A DNA stretch of 64,000 nt, from positions 76,587,817 to 76,651,816 of the forward strand of contig NC_057711.1 in assembly GCF_004010195.1 (NCBI RefSeq). The letters are read 5' to 3'. The notes under the pieces were generated by a model. It made no database searches and was not told the DNA's origin. It saw only the letters and a program-made list of their open reading frames with translations. A program made the translations under genes and the position numbers. Numbering within the stretch: the stretch's first letter is position 1; each line of letters starts with the position of its first letter. Below are positions 1 through 13,345 of this stretch, in pieces. The DNA is from Chiloscyllium plagiosum (Eukaryota).

Positions 1-534
1 ATTAAAGGCAGGCAGAGCTCAGAACAACGGCCACTGGTTCCACCTGTTTTTAAAGACCGATTCCTCCAATCCCTCTCAATCCTAACCCTGTGGCCCATAC
101 TGATTTAGTGCCAGTCCCAGTCACCATTCCCGATCCTAATCTAGTGCATGCCCCAGTAACTGTTCCCAATCCCGATTCAATGCCAGTATACAAGTCCTGT
201 ACAGGTCTCCATAAAAAGGTGAAGGATCCTTCAGAATTTATGAAAAACCCAGAAAACTATACAGAACCAATCACAGATAAAAGTATCATAAAAAAGGCAC
301 ACCACATTTTTTGCATCTTATGCAGACCATGCATATGTGAATACAATGAACCATGGAGGAAAAATCTCATCAGATTTACTAGGAGACAGGACATTACTCT
401 TAGACAAAGTGAGCAAACGTTTTACAATTTGCCTTTGTGCACAGCTGTGTTTATAAGTAGGTCTAATGGATACAAATTTGGACTTATCATTAAGAACAGT
501 GCACATTTTGTCAAAAAAAAAGCTGGAATTCAGA

Positions 535-1310
535 AACAAAATTAAAAATTGCTGGAAATACTCAAGAGGGCTGGCAGCATCTGTGCAGAGAAAGCAGAGT
601 TAGTGTTTCAGGTCCAACGACACTTCTTTAGAACTGACTGTAGCTAAGAAAAGTTGTTATACATGGTAAAGATAAAGGATAGGTGGCGAGGAGTTCTGGA
701 GAGGGAATATCAGTTGGGTAGACAAAAGAATGGGTAAAGGTCAACCTGGGAGAATGAATAGCTGCTAATGGGAACCATTAGTGTCTGACTGTAGTTGTTT
801 GTAGTAACAATCCATGTGATGAGGCCTGGTGTTTGGGAATGGAGATAAAGAGATGGGAGAAGATGCTCAAGCCCAAAGATTATCAGACTCTACATTGAGT
901 CGAGAAGGCTGCAGGGTTCCCAAGCAAAACAAATATGTGTTTTTCTTTCAGCATGCACTGAGCTTTACTGGGGCACTGCAGTAAGGCAGAGTCAAATGTT
1001 AGCAAGTGAAAATGGAGGTGCATGAAGTGGCTGGCAACCTGAAGTTTAGGGTCATTTCTTCAGACAAAACGTAAGAGTTCTGTAAAGTGGTTGCCCGTTC
1101 TCTCCTTTGTCTTCCCAATGTAGAGGGGGCTGCATTGTGACCAGCAAATAGAAGTCTAGATTGAGTGGAGCTCCCCACATTCAATACAATTGATTCAGGC
1201 AACATCAGGCAGGTGTGTCTGGGATCTCAGATAGTTAGGAGGGAGGAAGTAAATAGGCAAATGTTACACGTTCCATAGGGGTGTGGAGAGGTATTGGGAG
1301 GGGGAGTTGT
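535..1310 (-). mobile_element. Penelope-like element fragment (terminal repeat plus GIY-YIG remnant)
   Basis: Terminal motif TTGCTGGAAATACTCA..GGCAGCATCTG; minus strand near 1075-1130 reads PLYIGKTKERTGNHFTELL (YIG motif). Confidence 0.65.
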
Positions 1311-2669
1311 TAATATAGAGACACTTGTTAATAATAACTATTTGAGTCCTTTGTCAGGCTTACAAATGTCTACGTTGGGCTTCGGGAATTAACACTACCA
1401 GATATTAGTGTTGCATGTGAAAATTAACCAAAACACTTAGCACATGCATGTTGTAGGATGCCCAATGGTGAGCATTGTACAAAATGTATCTTTTTCCAGC
1501 AAAATAATGTGCGAACAATTGAATACAATATTTCTACATTACTTCCCTAATATCTTGTGCACCCTCAATACAAATGTTCCAAACCAATTCTTTCCTTTAA
1601 AAAAGTAAGATATGCAACAAATGGAAATGCATTTCAGATTTCCCCATGTTTTGCACATATCAACTTAAAGATGATGGGCACATGCTAAGAAATTTAAATT
1701 ATGGAATTACTACAACTACACTTAATTAAATTTTAGGAAGGTTTAAGAACTTGTTTGAGCAAGAGCCAAGATCCATCAGTTACCATGAGCCTTGTGGCAT
1801 TAGCATGCTATGCGGTCTTCCATGCCCATTATAAAAGAGCAGGGATAAGCAGAATAATAAAATGCTAAGAATACAAAGTTACAGTCAGAAGTTGGAAATA
1901 CCTTTGGTGGTAGAGGAGACTAAAGTGGCAGGGAGGGATTTTGGAAATTTAGATAGCAGGGTGAGCTCAAAGATAGCATAGAGGAAAGAGAATTGTCTCA
2001 GAGACTGCAAAGGGAGGGGAATCAGTGATAACAGTACAAGTCAAAAATTGTAAGGGAGCGGAAATCAGAGTTGGCAGGCAAGAGGCCATTCAGGGGGCCA
2101 GAAAAGGTCTACTGCATGATTAAATTGGTGGCTGGAGGAAATACACTGAAGTGGCTATCTACCCCACAACTTTCCTTTGTTCAAACAGAAAGACAACAAC
2201 TTAGCAATAGGTTAGAAATGTCAATATCTTCCCCAAGACGTTATTCATTAAAATGATCAAGAGAGCATTGAATTTAAGAGAAATCCCTTTAACCAGACAA
2301 ATTACTATTCCGGCGGAATAGTTATGATTAATACTCCAGCTTTAAAACTAAAACAACTTATTCCTTCATTGTAGAAGTAACATTTAACACAAACACGTTT
2401 TTGACTGAAAAATATCTGGTCCATTAACGGTTCCACAGAATAATGAGTTAACCAACAATAATTTGTTCATTAGACAACTCACATAATACAAGCAAAATTA
2501 ATTTTATCACTTCAGTCTGACATTTCATCACGAGTCTATTTCCACTTTAAGACTAGAGCTGCGAATTGGCATTGTTTGAGCAGAGGATGAATCTTCCTCC
2601 CAGCACTTACCAGTCAGTCTTTGAAAGTATAAAAGCATTCAATGATAGAATTATTTGAACAGGTTGGCA

Positions 2670-5376
2670 GAAAACAAATGAAGTTAGATCTTTATTCCAT
2701 ACAATACAAGCCTACAAAGAGCCTGAAAACAAATCAATTTCCTAACATTGTAAGCTTTGCAAAGATAAATCACATAGCCAGACCCGAACATTAAAAGAAA
2801 ACATGAATGTGATATGTTCCATATATTAAAATCTCAACTTAGCAGTCAAAAAGAAATAATGCAAGTTGCCACAAAAAATACATACATGAAATTTGGTCTT
2901 GATTTTAAATAAATTACATAAAAAAACAGTTTAATTATGGCTTCTTACACTAGTGCAATATTTGTTGCACATTTCTCATAATAATGGATAGGGACATTAA
3001 GGTTAAACATTCTTATTTCATATCATATCGGACTCCCAGCCCTTAAGTGTAGGGACCTTTCATTTTAAAATGGAGAATGCATATGGAGTTGTAAAAGGTA
3101 CGAGTGTCATAACTGTTTGCAGTAAACATGGTGGTTTGACATGAGGAGCAAAACAAAGGAGCACTTCATAACGAAAATAATAAAATTCCTCCTCTACTGA
3201 TGAGTGCTTGATAAATACATTAAAATTGTCTCCATCACTTACAGACTCCTGCATTTTTATTAAAACCATAAATAACCCAAAACAACTTAAGGCGTAATGC
3301 ACTGACATACTCAGACTTTTAAAATATGTTTTTATCCCCCCCCCACCTCAATGGAAAGGAATAGACTATGCCTTTTTCTAGTTTAAAGCAGAATGAGCGA
3401 TTTAGTTTTTGCTTAGTTTTAGCACCTACAATGCAAGGAAATGGGACAATGACTGATAAAATTATGAGCACAGACAATTTAATTTATTATGATGAAATTT
3501 CATGAAGCTCCTTTTATCATTCCTTTAAATCGGTTTTACGCTATTGGATTCCTTTCCTACAGAATTACAATAAGATGTAATTTAATAACTGTGCAGTATC
3601 ATTAGTTCTACAAAGTACTATGCTGCGCATACTGCCAATGTGGGCATATTTTGGTAGAGGTAAATTATGTAACAGTAAATCCTCTCCTTACAATATTCTT
3701 CGTCATGACCGCAAATGTTTTCAGGTGACGAAAATAAATACATAGCAGATAGGTTTCTGTTACTCAAACATCAGGATTTCTAAAGAAATGTACAGAAATA
3801 ACTGGTTGTAAAACGGATCAATGAAAATTGAGGAGCCACTCAAGAATTCTACCCTGTGCCTAATTGATGTCCAAAAGGGAACATGAAATCATAGATTGTT
3901 ATTTTCTATCATGTAATAGTGACAGGATTAGTATTCTGTACAGACATCTATACCATTCAAAACTTACAGACGGCAGTTACAGATGAGTGGATACAGTTCC
4001 CTGGCATTTGCAATGGGAAAAGCATTAGCTGTTACTTAGAAATGGAGAGCACCCAAAGGGCATTCACTAATACTGAAAGTGTGTTATTCCTCATGCGAAT
4101 GCCTTTAAATCAAATACTCCTTCTTGGTACATGGGTAAAGACAAAAAAAAAAATACAGAAATAGTAGGCCAGTTTACCTCAATCCACATCAAACAGGATG
4201 GTGACTGAATCATAAAGTTTCAATATCAATTACAGGTTACAGAAAATTCCCTAAATCTTAGCCCCTGGGTTTTGATGCATATTAAGTACACTACCAGAAG
4301 GTATGGCTTTCTTTATGTTGCCTAATCTTGGCAGTGCCAACATATAGAGGACAAAAAATATAATTTTAATGCAAATAATCAATCATAAGAGCAACGAGTG
4401 ATCTTTATAATGCTGTGCACAGATGTTGGGATTTTTGTGCTGCTAATTTGCAATATCACAGGGACAAATATAAAGCATTCAGATACTAGAGATTCATTTT
4501 GCATAGACAAACAACTGTCATCTGCGACAATGAACTTTGAGCAGTGCTTGAAGCCAACAAAAGTACTGGCTCTTCTGTCTAAAAAAAACCACAGAGGCAA
4601 AGTTAGAAAGACAATGAAATGGAAAAGAAAGTACAGTTTTGTTTTGAAAGATGACTGAAAACAAAAAGTTAAGGAATTGAAGAGAACAAGATTGGTATTA
4701 CATGCAACGTAATAGGTTTTGGTGATTAAGATTTGCTTGTAAACATTTTTGTACCATCGGAAAAGAAATCTGACGCACAAGGTTATCTCAAATCATTAAA
4801 TACTCCAAGTAGCTGGGCACAGTAATATAAATGCAATCACAGATTTAACAGTTTTTGTTGAAAGAAAGGCCATCCTGTTTAAGGGTATTGCTCTTGAGCA
4901 GATCTTAGTAGCAGAAACATAGGCTTAAAATCTACTGTTATAGATTTTTAGTGAATATACTTCTAACATTCTCATAGGACTTCCTCAAACATCTACATTT
5001 TATGAGGTATTAATGAATTTATGCCCCGTCTAAGACAGATGTCATACGACACATTAAGCTTTCACCTATTACAGTCACACTATCACTTTTAGCCTCACAT
5101 TTTATCAACTGAGATTGCCAAAATTAAAGCACATAAAAGACATTTAAGATTTCAGTAGTTATTAAAAGCAACTGCATAGCTAGTAAATTTTAAATAACAG
5201 ACGTCTGCATCTGAATATTATTTTTGTAAAATGTATTATTTTCTTCATGAGTTCATCTATGACATTTAGAACAAAAGTCTGGTCAGGGTTCAGCACAGTT
5301 ATGTTATGCTAAGTTAACAATTGCCTAAAATTAAAGGGAACACGATAAGAAGAGGCCACAGTTGCACAAACTTTGG
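2670..5376 (-). other. RFK: Putative long RFK 3' UTR with candidate polyA signals
   Basis: AT-rich stretch with no recognisable repeats after the stop; minus-strand AATAAA at 3483-3488, 3256-3261 and 2691-2696, the last followed by a U/GU-rich tract. Confidence 0.5.
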
Positions 5377-5507
5377 TCAATGGCCATTCATTATATTGTT
5401 TTCATGTGACCTGAAGAAGTTGTCATCCTTCATGCACTGGTGTTCTGGCAGATCTAGCTTTTCCTTTGCTTCAGAAATATCATTGTGAATTGCTGTAATT
5501 AGAGAAT
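5377..5507 (-). CDS. RFK: Riboflavin kinase, coding exon 4 (131 nt incl. TGA)
   Basis: ccttgtttcag acceptor, (D)SLITAIHNDISEAKEKLDLPEHQCMKDDNFFRSHENNIMNGH-stop; the IMNGH ending matches vertebrate RFK; total CDS 82+152+103+131=468 nt. Confidence 0.96.
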
Positions 5508-6124
5508 CTGAAACAAGGTGGAAATAAAAAACAACCATGAATGAACAAAAACAGCAAGTGAGACTTAAAACCAGAAGTATGTAAAATAAAGAGCCATCTT
5601 GGGGATAAAATTGCGTAGAGAAATATTACCTTTTTGTATTTTGAACAACCTGACAGATATGCTCAACTGAAGACTGCATTTCATTTAATGCTCATTTCTA
5701 TTTATCTTCAAGGTATAGTTGTTTTTTCTGTATTAAAATAATGAAGGAAGAGTGCCAAGACATTATCTTCCATAAAAGGGGTTTCTGGTAGTTTGGGGGA
5801 AAGAAATAGCTATATCTCTAGCTGAGTAATTTTTTTTTGTTTTGTTGTAATCATCCATGTGTCAAGAGATTAGTATCGCAGTATCATTTTACATTTCACA
5901 AGCTAAAGAAATAAAAAGTGTCAAAGTTATAAGTAAAAGATAAATTAAAATAAAAAGATTAGCACCATAAACTAGTAAAAATATGAAAAAGTAAAACCTT
6001 CTGAAAATTAGATAGTACTGTAGTGACAACTCTTCATCAGCACTAAGAAATATAGCTCCCATTGGATAGGATATAACAGCATTGACCACAGGACACAACA
6101 GCATCTTTTCTAACTGTTTAGATC

Positions 6125-6315
6125 ATGTCCAAAGTTAAAAAAAAAAACACACAACACCAGGTTATAGTCCAACAGGTTTACTAGGAAACACTTTCTTCCG
6201 GAATGCTGCTCCTTCATCAGGTATCTGTGGAGCAGGACCATAAGACACAGAATTTATATGTTGTGCGAATTTTTTACTTTGTCCACCCTAGTCCAACACT
6301 GACTCCTCAACATCA
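6125..6315. mobile_element. Penelope-like terminal-repeat fragment (family C)
   Basis: ACAACACCAGGTTATAGTCCAACAGG...CTCCTTCATCAGG, with a partial inverted copy of the end; same family at 29230-29370 and 29635-29755. Confidence 0.55.
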
Positions 6316-7372
6316 TAGACATTGCCCATGAGAGTTTGAGGATTGAGAAGGTTTGTCAGTCTTCTACTGTATCAACCTAATGGAGCAGGCAGCAAAGGAG
6401 ATAACCTGGTGATATGGGAGCTCTTGCTGATGACAGAACAATGCAGGCATTGAAGGGTGTATAGAACTCCATTTTGACTGATAATATGTTGCACACTGAG
6501 TAAAGCTGGCATTCTCAGCAATGCATCGGTTTCTATTCATCTAGGCTAACGTTCATAGCCTCTTCTCATACTTCCACAGATGCATGGATACCCAACCCAA
6601 GGCAGCCTCTCTTCCCTCACCCTGTGGGCTGAGAGCAGCAAGTATAATCCTGTCAGGTCCTGGGGAGCGTGGCTGAACAAAGATCTTGGCGTGTAGGTTC
6701 ATACTTCCTTGGAAGCGGAGTCACATGTAGACAGGAGAGTGAAGGTGGCATTTGGTATGCTTGCCTTTACTGGTCAGTGTATTCTGTATAGAAGTTGGGA
6801 GGTCATGCTGCTGCTGTACAGGACATTGGTTAGGCCACATTCGGAGGACTGTGTGCAACTCTGGTCTCCCTGTTAGAGAAAGGATGCTGTGAAACTTGAA
6901 AGGGTTCAGGAAAGATTTAAGGATGTTGCCAGGGCTGGGGGCTTGAGCTTTAAGGAGAGGCTGAACCGGCTGGGGCTACTTTCCCTGGAGCTTTGGAGGC
7001 TGAGGGGTGACCTTAGAGGTTCATAAAATTGTGAGGGGCATGAATAGGGTAAATAGACAAGGTCCTTTCCCTGGAGCAGTGGGGGAGGGGGTGAAAAGAG
7101 TCCAAAACTGGAGGGCATAGCTTTAAGACAAGAGGGGGAAAAAAAAAGTTAAAAAGGGACCTAAGGGGCAATATTTTCCATGCAAACAGTGGTACATGCA
7201 CAGAATGAGAAAGTGGTAGAGGCTGGTGCAATTACAACATTTAAAAGGCATGTGGATCTGAATATGAAAAGGAAGCATTTAAGGGATATGCTGGCAAATG
7301 GGACTAAATTTATCTAGGATATCGTCAGCATGGACAAGTTGGACCGAATGGTCTGTTTCATGCCATACATCT

Positions 7373-7593
7373 GAGGAGAAATTGAGGACTGCAGATGATG
7401 GAGATCGGAGCTAAAAATGTGTTGCTGGAAAAGCACAGCAGGTCAGGCAGCACCCAAGGAGCAGGAGAATCGACGTTTCGGGCATGAGCCCTTCTTCAGG
7501 AATCTTGAAGAAGGGTTCATGCCTGAAGTGTCGATTCTACTGCTCCTTGGATGCTGCCTGACCTGCTGCGCTTTTCCAGCAACACATTTTCAG
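7373..7593. mobile_element. Fold-back Penelope-like terminal-repeat mini-element (family A)
   Basis: Inverted arms AAAATGTGTTGCTGGAAAAG...CTTTTCCAGCAACACATTTT; flanking duplication CATACATCT (7364-7372) / CATACGTCT (7594-7602). Confidence 0.85.
7467..7503 (-). ncRNA. Minimal type I hammerhead ribozyme motif
   Basis: Minus strand ATTC-CTGAAGA-A-GGGC-TCAT-GCCC-GAAA-CGTC-GATTC: CUGANGA core, 4-bp helix II, GAAA, palindromic ACGU helix III, GUC site; helix I weak. Confidence 0.65.
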
Positions 7594-8489
7594 CATACGT
7601 CTCTATGACTCAGATAAGTCAGCAGAGTCTCACTTTACTTGTCCACTGCCCACCAGCAGATACACATATGTAGATTTTTTTTGTATTCAGGATAGATAGG
7701 GTGATGATCACAGGTGGAGGGGGCATTGTCTGCAGAGAGAAGGGAGGATTGGCAAGATCAACTCAGGTGACCACAGGTTCAGGACCTTTGGAGACTCTGG
7801 ACGAGAGGCTAAGTCTTGAGCAGCAGCAGGTGTGCTCCTGCATCGAAGTGTTCCTGAGGCAGGATGAATCCTCAATGGAGGTGTCCATCTAATTCATATG
7901 CAGTGATTGCTCAGGGCTATGAGTGGATGACTTCCTTCCTAGAATGGTCAACCTCTTACATGGAATGCATGATGGAGGTTCACAGTGACATTCACAGGAT
8001 GCACAGATCTTTGGAGAATACACATGAAAATCAACTAGTGTCCTCAAATCAGGAATCCTGAACATCTAGCAAGAGTAGAGGACATCACTGAGGTGGCTCA
8101 ATATAATCATCTGAAAATAATCTTTTAACCCCCTCTAAAAAGGCAGAAATTCTAAGGTACATTTAAAATAAGCAATACGGAGGCTCTTCACCTGATTTTT
8201 CAATGGGAATTGATAAACTGATAGCAGTTGAAGTATTAACTGGCACATTTGCAAATACTTTTGTTACATAATGAGTGGTGGGTGCAATATTAAGAAACAC
8301 GAGTTAGATGACAAAGCAAAAAAAGATAATTTAGAACAAGGAACATTTTTTCAGATCAATGGAATTGGATAAAATCAGAGCAGAAGTAGGTCTTGGAAAT
8401 GAGAATGAGGAAGAATTTTTCTTTCAGAGCGTAGCAAATTGCAGAGTCTGATTCAGTGAAGACATGAAAGGTTGATACAAACATTCTTT

Positions 8490-11090
8490 GAGTCATACAA
8501 CATGGAAAAGGACCCTTTGGTTTAACTTGTCCATGCCGACCTGAATTCCCAAACTAAACTATGCTCATTTGCCTGCATTTGGTCTATACCCTCCTAAATT
8601 ATTCCTATTCACGTACCTGTCCAAATGTCTTTTAAATGCTGTAGCTTAATCTACCACTTCCTCTGGCAGTTCATTCCACAAATGAACCACTCTCTGGGTG
8701 GAAAAGGTTTTCCCTCCGGTCCTTTCAAATCTTTTTCCTCACTTTAAAATATGCTGTCCCCTACCCTAATCCACAGAAAAGACCGTTGCTATTCACCTAA
8801 TCTGAGCCCCTCATGATTTTATACACCTCTAAAAAGGTCAAATCTCAACCTCCTATGCTCCAGGAAGGTGGTCACAACTTATCCAGCCTCTTCTTATACA
8901 GTCAGTTCTGCTAGAACACTATGGTTGTGTTCTTGTGCCATCCTGCGTTTTAGAAAAATCGTGTTTTAGAAACAGCACTTAAAGTGTTAGCACTATAACT
9001 GTGTTACAGCCAACACACATTTTAAAAGTTTGCACTGTAGAAATAGCATCCTCAATTTGTCAATCACGTACAGTGAATTTGAATTGACGAAACACCCATT
9101 AGAACAGAATGACTTGTAATTCAAACCCTCCAGTCCCAATAACATATTGTAAATCTTTTCTGCACCTTTTCCAATTCAATAGTATCCTTCCTATTGTAGG
9201 GCAACCAAAACTGTACACAGTACTCCAAAAGTGGCCTCACCCATGTCCTGTACAACCACAATATGACATCCCAAATTGTATACCCATTGCTCTGAGCAAT
9301 AAAGGCAAGCATGCTAAATACCTTCTTCACCATCCTGTGACACCACTCTCAAGGAACTATGCACCTGAACTCCTAGATCTCTGTTTGACAACAGCCCCAG
9401 GGCCCTATTATTAAATATGTAAGGCATGCCCTTGTTTGTTATCTGACCAAAATGCAGCACCTCACACTTATCTAAATTAAATTCCATCTGTCACTCTTCA
9501 GCCCAATGGCCCAGTTGACCAAAATTTCATTGTACTCTTACATAATTGTCTTCACTGTTCACTATACCACCAACTTTGGTGTCATCCACAAATGTACTAA
9601 CCATGCTTGCTATGGTCTCATCTTAATAGCTTATATTGACAACAAACAATAGTGGACCACCGCTGGTCACAGGCCTCCAGTCTGAAAAACAACCTTCCAT
9701 TACCACTCTATCTCCTATTCTCAAGTCAACTTTTCTATCCAATTGGCACGCTTTCCCTGGATCTCATGTGATCTAACTTTACTAACCAGTTTACCTTGTT
9801 AAAGGCCTTGCTAAAGTCCACATAAACCCACATCTAATGCTCTGCCCTCAATCTTCTTTGTCATTGTCCACAAAAAAGTTAAATCAAGTTTGAGATAATT
9901 CCCATATACAAAGCCAAGCTGACTATCCCTAATCAGTCTCTCCAAATGCATGTAAATTCCATATCTTGGAATCCTCTCCAACAACTCATCGATCACTGAC
10001 ATCTAACTCACCAGTCTATATTCCCAGGCTTCTACTTGCAGCCTTTCTTAAGGCACAAGATTAGCCACCCTTCAGTCCTCTGGCACCTCACCTATGGCTG
10101 TAGATGATAAAAATATTTCTGCTGGGAGCCCCACAATTTTTTCCTAGTTTCCCACAATACCCTGGGATATACTTGATCAGATCCTGGAGATTTATCTACC
10201 TTTATATTTTAAGATCACCGAATCTCCTCTTCTGTAATGTGGACTATTTTCAAGACATCACTATTTTGCTCTGTATTCCCTAGCGTCTTAATGTCTTTCT
10301 CCACACTAGATACCGATGCAAGTTTTTATTTACTCTCTCTCCAATCTCCTGTTGTTCACACATAGATGACCTTGTTGATCTTTAAGGGGACCTATTCTCA
10401 CTACAGTCTCTGTTGTCATATTATATCCTTAATCTCATATCCCTGTTTTTCCCTTCTAATTTCCCCTTTAAGTATGCCCCTACACTCTTTATACTTTTCA
10501 AGGGATTCACTCATTCCCAGCTTTCTATACCCGACATATGTCTTTTTCTTGATCAGTCTCAATATCACTAGTCATCCATTGTTCCCTGTTAGCAGCCTTG
10601 TCCTTCACGCTGACAAGAACCTACTGCATCTGAACTCTCATTATCTCACTTTTGAAAGCCTCTTAGTTGCCAGTCATCCCTTCACCTTTGAACAGTCTAT
10701 CCAAATCAGTTTTCTAAATTTCCTGTCTAATACCATCAAAATTGGCAGTGCTCCAATTTCGAACTTTAACTTTTAGACAGGGTCTATAGAATTATGATCA
10801 CTGGTTCCAAAGTGCTCCTCCATTAACACTTCAGTCACTTGCCCGGCCTTATTTCCCAACAGAAAATGCAAAACTTGATCTTCTCTAGTAGGTACATTTA
10901 CATATTGAAGAAAGTTTTCTTGAATGCATCTAACAAATTCCTTCCCATCCTAGCACTTTACACTTTAGCAGTCCCAGTCTATGATTGGATAGTTAAAGTC
11001 CCCTATTACAACACTATTATTCTTACACATATTGGAAATCTCCCTATTATATTTGCTCCTCAGTTTCCTCAGGGGACCTATAGTTGAAGT
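8490..11090 (-). mobile_element. CR1 LINE, degraded (endonuclease to 3' end)
   Basis: Minus-strand remnants VIGDFNYPIIDWD (APE endonuclease), HLERLIRDSQLGFV, VRPLLEYCVQFWLPY. Confidence 0.85.
8899..9116. mobile_element. Tc1/mariner-pogo (Tigger-like) MITE
   Basis: TA at 8897-8898 and 9117-9118; terminal inverted repeats CAGTCAGTTCTG / CAGAATGACTTG; removing it restores continuous CR1 sequence. Confidence 0.75.
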
Positions 11091-11554
11091 AATTTCAAAC
11101 AGTAACAGAAAAGTATGGGAGGCACAATGTTTTTGATAACAAGGAGGAAAGTGCAATTGAGGCAAAGATCACATTAGCAATCTTATGAAGTAGCAGAGCA
11201 GACTTGAACGCGTTATGGCCTACGAATGTCACTATTTTTAATGTTCTTATGTACGCAAGGTGACAGGTGTGATACTTCCTCGCTGATATCATTGCTTCTG
11301 TGTGCAATAACTTGGTATCAAACCTAAATTGGAAAAAGGAAAACTGAAATCCCATGCCACACAGACCACTCAGTCTTTGTGGTGTGGGGAGTATTCTTTA
11401 AGCTACGTTTTCACTGCTGATTACAAAACATGGAGCCCAATCTTCACTTGCCATTAAAAGTAAGCAACAGTGTTCAATTTTGCATTGTGGAAAGTAAAAT
11501 GTCTATTTTACAAAGAGATGAAAGATCTGGTGAAGTTCCAAGTTAAAATCTTAC

Positions 11555-11657
11555 CTAATGATTCAAATGACTTCTCTGCTCGGATATATCCAACAATAAC
11601 TATGCTGAGTATTTCCCCATAAAAATCTTCTTTGTAAGTATGAATAATGTGCGTTTC
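11555..11657 (-). CDS. RFK: Riboflavin kinase, coding exon 3 (103 nt)
   Basis: ctttcag acceptor, ETHIIHTYKEDFYGEILSIVIVGYIRAEKSFESL (catalytic Glu of ETH, DFYG motif), GTAAG donor; not in the supplied ORF track. Confidence 0.96.
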
Positions 11658-12269
11658 CTGAAAGAGTGAGAAAGACAGCCATGTCTAAAACATTATTGTA
11701 ATGGGATTCAAAAGCTATGTCATTCCTTAACCGAATACGGAACATCTTCAGCATTTTTTTCCAAAATTATAAATTTTCTGAGAAAATCAAGCCAGTACCG
11801 TTCACCTCATTCTTACCAGTTTTTAAGCTGTTCAGCTGTGATTTAAAGTTATTTCACAACATGGATTTCATTGCTGAAATAACCTCACAGTAGAATCAAA
11901 ATGGATTTAAAGCTCCAGGATCATGAGATGAAAGGACTGACTCAATTATTAGTGGTGTCAGAGTCTTCAATCTTCATTATTCCTTAATCATTAGTCATTT
12001 CTGAATTAGCCACTGTATCCAGGCCTATTCATAACTTGTTAAGATAAGAAGCTGCCTACATATTACACTATTAAAAATCCTCGTTCATCCCTGCTCTTAC
12101 CCACATTTATTGGATTTCAGTTTCCCAAAGCCTCAAAATTAAAATTCTCATGCTAATGTTTAACTACGAATCTGGTCTTGCTTTTGCTATGCATTAACCG
12201 TCTCTCGTACAAACAATACTGCTTCAATTTCTTGCAAATGCTAAATATTGTAGGTGAAGAATGGCTAAT

Positions 12270-12660
12270 ACAAAAACAGCATAATCCCTGGAAATACTAA
12301 GCATATCAAGCAGCATCTGTGCAAGGAGAAACAAATTTACTGTTTCAGATCAATGATCCTTGGTCAGAACTAGAAGTAGTTAGGTAACAACTTTCTTCCA
12401 CATAAGAGGCAGGGAAAGAGTGAGCGGGAAGATGAGAGGGAAAATATCTGTGAAGGAGTAAAGGTAGAAGAAGTTGTTAAGTTAAAAGATTATGCAACAA
12501 GGAAAAAAAAAGTAAAACTGTTCTAAAGGCAATTTAAGTAGCAACAGCAGTGGGAGGGAAAGAGGGGGGAGGAGAGAAGAGAGAGTGGGGTTGATCGATA
12601 GTTTAACTGGCTTCTCCTGAAATACATTCTCTCAGGTCTGAATGTGAACAAAGTAATTAA
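12270..12660 (-). mobile_element. Penelope-like terminal-repeat fragment (family D), degraded
   Basis: CTGGAAATACTAAGCATATCAAGCAGCATCTGTG motif followed by a purine-rich tract, as at 535 and 24085. Confidence 0.5.
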
Positions 12661-12823
12661 AACAAATCTATTAAATAAAGCAAGTATCTTGTTTCAGCAT
12701 TAAAAATAAAATCATATTCAACAAAAACAATACAAAATACTACCTGCTAGCAGCTGACCAATTGAATTCCCCAGTTCTTGGAATCAGGGATCAAGCAGAT
12801 ACATATTTTTTCTACTGCATCCA

Positions 12824-13258
12824 ACATAAGACCATAAGACAAAGGACTGGAAGGCAGTCAGCCCATCGAGTCCACTCTGCCATTCAATCACAGCTGATTG
12901 GCATTTCAATGCCACTTACCTGCACTCTCTCCGTATCTCTTAATTTCTGGTGAGATTAAGAATTTGTCAATCTCTGCCTAGAAGACATTTAACATCCCAG
13001 CCTCCACTGTGCACTGTAGCAGTGAATTCCACAGGACCACCACTCTCTAGTAGAAGAAATGTCTCCTCATTTCTGTTCTAAATTGACCCCCTCTAACTCT
13101 ATGGCTGTGCGCACGAGTCCTAGTATCCCTGCCCGACGGAGACAATTTCCCAGTATCCACCCTTTCTAAGCCATGCCTTTCCATTAGATCTCCCCTCAAA
13201 TCTTCTAAACTCTAACAAATACAATCACAGGATCCTTAGCTGTTCATCGCATGTTAGG
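12824..13258 (-). mobile_element. CR1 LINE 3' fragment
   Basis: CATAAGACCATAAGA tail and reverse-complement CR1 3' ORF2/UTR sequence. Confidence 0.75.
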
Positions 13259-13345
13259 CAAATGTGTATGTATGCACCTTCCAACAAATTTAATGAAAGA
13301 TTTTAAACCAGCACTTTTCTGTTACCAAAAAAAAAAGTTAATTAC

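Larger units (their letters stand above)
6655..7612 (+). mobile_element. CR1 (HER1-like) LINE 3' fragment
   Basis: Degenerate ORF2 C-terminus (RTLVRPHSEDCVQLWSP, LELWRLRGDL) and 3' tail ending CTCTATGACT; interrupted by 7373-7593. Confidence 0.85.
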
